This document shows positions 59,162 to 64,000 of a stretch of 64,000 bases of DNA, piece after piece; position 1 is the stretch's first letter, and each line of letters starts with the position of its first letter. A program made the translations under genes and the position numbers. A model generated the notes under the pieces. The model was given only the letters and a program-made list of their open reading frames with translations, was not told the origin of the DNA and made no database searches. Where the stretch lies: NCBI RefSeq assembly GCF_964204645.1, contig NC_134031.1, positions 9,982,001-10,046,000 of the forward strand. Reading direction: 5' to 3'. Source of the DNA: Tubulanus polymorphus (Eukaryota > Animalia > Nemertea).

Positions 59162-61914
59162 TTAACATGTAATAATCCTTTTCATAAACTCATTCTCTTT
59201 TGTTTCTTCTCTTTTAAATTTTAAGTATTCATCTAAATTGCAACCATACGTGACTGTATGAATTCCATCATCTAAAATATATCTTTTATCATCGAAAGGA
59301 TTTAAACTTATCTTCTCTATCTCTTCAATAAACATTTCACGATCTTCAGATCTTAAACATTTCATCTTATGTTTTCTAACTTCTTCATTAAATATACAAT
59401 TGATGTTATCTTTGAAATGAATATTCTTTTCTACTACGCTTTTGATAATTCCTTTTAACTTTTTAGCTTCATGTTCCTTAGTTCTATAACTATACATTTT
59501 AGATCGAATTCCAATGAACTCTATCATTTCTTCACCTCCTAATTCATCTTTGAATTTACCGGGCACCTTTTTATTATCATTGTAAAACAAGTCATGATCT
59601 TTTGGATAATTACTTAAGTCGAAATGATGTTTTAATGTTTTCAAATCATCTGTTATGTTATTAGTTTTTATCTTTAATATGTAACTGTCAGTATAAAAGT
59701 ATAAGATTTCTATATGCTTTTCTCCAAAATGAGGTTGTAATACGTTATAATAGAATTCATACATTAATAACTTTGATATTTCTAAAACTGTTGCTCCAAC
59801 ATAAATTGGTTTATTGAATTTCATAGAAGTTCTTTTCATTTTAACGGTAGCTAAACTTTCATCAAATGTTCTGTTACCGATAAATTTAGGATATGTTTGT
59901 AAATGTCTAATTCTTTTTCCATTACTAACTAACTCAATATCATTTCTATTTCTAATATTCTCACAAGTCTGAGAATGCATTATTCATTAACTTGAAGAAA
60001 TCGTTCTCAAAATAAGTTTTAGCTTTAGTTCTCTGTTTGGTATTAAAATCTATATAGTTTTCTAACCATTTAGATTGACTAAATGAAATATATCTGTGTA
60101 CTTTTTTTTAGAACCATTCCTTGATTCAAATAAAACTTCAACATTCTATAATGTACTACATAATTATATTTATCTTCCTGAGTTACCATTAACTTTTCTG
60201 TATGAATATGATTTTCAGGTTTAATTCTTTTTTGATAATTTGATAATTCTTCATGTCTTACAGTTTTATGTTCGGGACAGTATGCTAGATTTCTAGATTT
60301 AAATTTAATGTGTTCAGGATATTCTAAATCTACAACGAAAAAGTAGCCAGTATCTGAATCATCTGCAATATCTAGAATTCTTTTCTTCCAATCAAATTTA
60401 TCATTATTTTCATACTGTAAAACTTCAGTTATTTGAAATACTCCATACGGCTGTGGTTCCATCATTGCCCAACCATATAGATTATTTGCATCTATATATA
60501 ATAATTTATATCCAGGGTTATCATTTACATTGAAATATCTATCACCTAATACACCTGAAACTCCTCCTCTTATAGATTTTTCAAATAATAATAATTGATC
60601 TATATTTGTTAACAAATCCAATTTTATATCTGTAAATTTTAAACCACAATCCCAAGTTAATCCTGGACTAGAATAACAATGGCAAGGATCAATATTGAAA
60701 TATGTTAGATTCACATCTCTAAACCTTTCATATATATCAGTTAATAATAATACATCTGATTTTAAATACAAATCTACTAATTGTCCATGATTTTTCATTT
60801 CAAAATGATTCCAAATGTTCAATGTTCTATTATAAACTCCATCTTTAACATATTCATTTTTTAATTCATCATAGAATTGTTCTTTTAATAATTCAGTTAT
60901 ATTGAAATCATTATGTGATTTATAAAATGAATATGGAATTGCGCCTTTATATCTCATTAATTGAAAATCTTCATTATTTGGATAATATTGTTTTAATATA
61001 TTGTCAAGTTTTTCGTTCGAACAAGTATATTGTAAAAAGTTTTTTCTCCTAACCAAAAGTATTAAGTATTTCGTTCAATCGAACAGAATTGTTTTCATTC
61101 AAACATTCGGTCGAAAAAATTGTTTTTGCTCAACCAAATTTTTTTGCCAGGACAAAAAGTTTTTCATTTCAACAATTACATAGCTTTTCATTCGAACAAA
61201 TTTTTTTGTCAGAATGAAGAAAGTTTTGGTTAAAAAAAAAGCGTATTGTTCAACCAAACTGAATTGTTTTCACTCGAACACGATTTTCTTGTCGGAACAT
61301 TAAGTTTTTGGTCGAACAGTGTGTTTGGTCGTTTTGGAAATTTACTCGGTCTTGTATATTTTGGATTACTGTGTATGTCATTTGTCAGGACATTAAACAG
61401 AAGACGACCTAGGATACTACCTTGCGTGACTCCACTAGTTAGACCGACTTATTCCAAAATGAGGCGTTCTGTTGATTTCGGCTACAAGTTTTCGTTCAGA
61501 GATAACTGCTGAGCGAGCTATCATTGATACTGTTTCCTAATAGCCTTTTTAGTTAGTAATGGCTGATGTTGTGCCTTATCAAATGCTTTGTCGAAATCCA
61601 CCGTTGAACAGGATTCTAAGACTGTGCAGAAAACCCGTTATCACTGCTTTGCAGCTATATTTGATATTTGTAATATGACTTTTAGATTTTAAATGTTCTT
61701 TATAATATCTTTTGTCGCTGAATGATTGATTACATGTATCACATTTGTATATTTCTTTTTCATTCTTCAATTCCACTAATTTAGTTTCTAATATATCATC
61801 TTTATATTTTAACTTTAATTTATTCTCTAAACGTGTTCTAGTTTGTCTTTATTTTTGGGATTTATCTATATTGATTTTACACGTTGGACAGAAGTACTTC
61901 TTATTTGCTTCCAT
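59162..61914 (-). pseudogene. Polinton C pPolB, frameshifted, ~2 kb missing at the HINE insertion
   Basis: YIDANNLYGWAM, YFYTDS (catalytic motif altered), DDKRY; N-terminal fingers at 61661-61914. Confidence 0.9.
61003..61660 (-). mobile_element. Truncated copy of the 44996-45996 HINE-like element
   Basis: High identity to ~45420-45996 including the terminus. Confidence 0.8.
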
Positions 61915-61984
61915 TTTAATATCCAATTTTCTATTAAAATTGATTTTATATGTTATTTATATTCATATTTATGAATATTATAAG

Positions 61985-62106
61985 AGTAATAGGGAATAAG
62001 TTGTTTCACATCAAAGGTTGAACGGTCGGAAAATAAATTCGAGTGTGCGAGAATTTATTTTTCCACAGTTCGACCTTTGGTATGAAACAACTTACTCCCT
62101 ATTACT
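61985..62106. repeat. Polinton C terminal hairpin (122 nt)
   Basis: agtaatagggaataagttgtttca...gagtgtgcga...tgaaacaacttactccctattact. Confidence 0.88.
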
Positions 62107-62108
62107 CG

Positions 62109-62249
62109 CGCACACACGCAGCCCCTCGATCCCGGCCACTCTATATAAGGGTAATCCACGCACACATGCAGCCCCTCGATCCCGGCCACTCTATATAAGC
62201 GTAATCCACGCACACACGCAGCCCCTCGAACCCAGCCACTCTATATAAG
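62109..62249. repeat. 50-bp tandem repeat x ~2.8
   Basis: cgcacacacgcagcccctcgatcccggccactctatataagggtaatcca units. Confidence 0.9.
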
Positions 62250-62250
62250 A

Positions 62251-62540
62251 TTGTAGACATTGTCGACGAGTAAAATCGGTCGACAATCGGGGTTGTAGAA
62301 ATTGTCGACGAGTAAAATCAGTCGACAATCAGGATTGCAGACATTGTCGACGAGTAGAATCGGTCAACAATCAGGGTTGTAGACATTGTCGACGAGTAGA
62401 ATCCGATGACAATCGGGGTTGTAGACATTGTCGACGAGTAGAATCGGACATCAATCGGGGTTGTAGACATTGTCGACGAGTAGAATCGGACGACAATCGG
62501 GTTTGTAGACATTGTCGACGAGTAGAATCGGACGACATAT
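62251..62540. repeat. 42-bp minisatellite x ~7
   Basis: ttgtagacattgtcgacgagtagaatcggNcgacaatcgggg units. Confidence 0.9.
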
Positions 62541-63776
62541 AGGATTGATAGATCTCTACTTTACCTGTTCTGGAGTTGAGCCGCACGTCCTATGGCGTAA
62601 TGTCGTAAGATTCAATCAGTCCAATATTGACGGATTAATTCCAAATACCAGTCCAATGTGATAAGTCTCTGCTGGAACTATTTAATGCTATAATGGACTT
62701 GAGCCGTAAATTTATACTACAAACTCAGTGAGAAAGCAGATCATCCAATGATCATTTTCGGATATCGAGTTCAAATTGCATTCTAAATGAACTGATTTTT
62801 CTCAACGAAGAGCCCAGTGTTTTGTTTCGCCACCTGGTGAGTGCAGGTGTCCCATTGCTAAGAGTCCATAAAGTAGGAAGAAACTGTGTTTTAAAAATGT
62901 GGTTTTCTTCTTGTCACTTTATTGTAAATACTCAAATAATGTAATCATTATGGAAAAATAAACACTGCTGAATTCAATTGAAATATATGATAATAGATAT
63001 GCCAGGGCCACGATTCATAAAAAAGATTTAATCATTTTAAGATAAACTGAATCATAAGCAGATCAAACAGTCTTGTGAAACTGCACACTGGTCATCCCTA
63101 AATTTAAATAAAGCAAGGATTTAAGATCAGCATAATGTCTGAGAAAGGGGACATGTACACTAGCACTGATGGAAAATCAGTGCACTAAAATATTGGTGTG
63201 AATACTTTAATTTACATATTTAAGACTTTATGTTATTGTGGATTTTACACAGAATGTAGCATTTACACTTTTGTAACCTGGTTTGGTTTGACCTAGCTCT
63301 TACAAAACCCTTTTATAAACAAAAAGGTCCTGTAAAGTAAGCGATGTTTATTCATTCTTTTTTCGGGTTGAAGGACTAATGTAGACGGTCCATCTGGTAT
63401 GAACAAACTAATATAGATGCAACACTGTATGCTTATAAGCATGATAAGTAAAAACCTGACAAAATGAGTCAAACTCATCTAATTTGGATCAGTTGGTACT
63501 AAAGAATTCGATCAAGTTAAATACCAAATCTAACTTCATATTAAAAACATCAAAGTATATAGGTGGACTACAAGCAATATCCATATTAGATCAAAATCCG
63601 GAGAAAACTTTTCCGAGTTGAGCTGGTTCAATTGTACATGCTCGTATTTCGTGAACCGATTGGTTGCGATGAATCAACCTGGAAGTCACATGATGCAACA
63701 AAAACATGTTTATTCTATGATGCTGAGTATAGAAAGGAATAATCTATCGTTCTTAAGACAAATACATTTTAGACAT

Positions 63777-64000
63777 TTAAGCTTGGTACTGATAATAGCC
63801 ATATTCATCGTGACATCCATATTTATTTTCATCTGGTCTAGTACCATTTATGGTTGCAGAATAATTTCCGCTATTTGGTCGAGCGTAAGCACCGTACACT
63901 GCCTGTCCATATTCATCCATAGTCACAGGATCGATAGGATTTCCGTATTCCTCACCTTGCCGATCCATCGCAAACCCCATGTGATTCTCAGGTCGTTGGA
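63777..64000 (-). CDS. Possible terminal exon of a host gene (Tyr/Gly-rich)
   Basis: Frame is open to the window edge with protein-like composition; no recognisable domain. Confidence 0.35.
   Translation of the reverse strand, partial: QRPENHMGFAMDRQGEEYGNPIDPVTMDEYGQAVYGAYARPNSGNYSATINGTRPDENKYGCHDEYGYYQYQA

Larger units (their letters stand above)
45997..62106 (-). mobile_element. Polinton C: internally deleted, partly duplicated relative; left boundary uncertain
   Basis: Hairpin terminus ...CCCTATTACT at 62106; pPolB, penton, membrane ORFs and HNH present; no MCP, ATPase or integrase. Confidence 0.85.

Noticed and set aside
62251-62540. CRISPR-like array
   Set aside because: Units are contiguous and nearly identical with no unique spacers; no cas genes; eukaryotic context.

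Overview
AT-rich eukaryotic (probably invertebrate animal) genomic DNA that is almost entirely a nested cluster of Polinton/Maverick (adintovirus-like) endogenous viral elements. Polinton B is full length at 8355-43633. It has ~540-bp TIRs, AGTAAT...ATTACT termini and a perfect 6-bp TSD (AACGAG). It encodes pPolB, penton, major capsid protein, packaging ATPase, rve integrase, an HNH nuclease and several membrane-type ORFs. Four insertions interrupt it: a 0.3-kb filler in pPolB, a 5.6-kb Helentron/HINE-like insert, a 4.2-kb pogo-type DD35D transposon, and a HINE-like insert that itself contains a 5.9-kb DIRS1 retrotransposon. Removing them leaves ~18 kb. Polinton A (1-~7900) is a rearranged fragment lying head-to-head with B. 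Polinton C (~46000-62106) is an internally deleted, partly duplicated relative carrying a Penelope-like element with a hammerhead motif. The most unusual signal is that every Polinton end read here forms a long (120-190 nt) imperfect terminal hairpin. These hairpins show paired arm changes, a conserved apex and a conserved mismatch, and in B one abuts a giant-virus-type HNH nuclease gene. All calls rest on motif recognition by eye; no searches were run.
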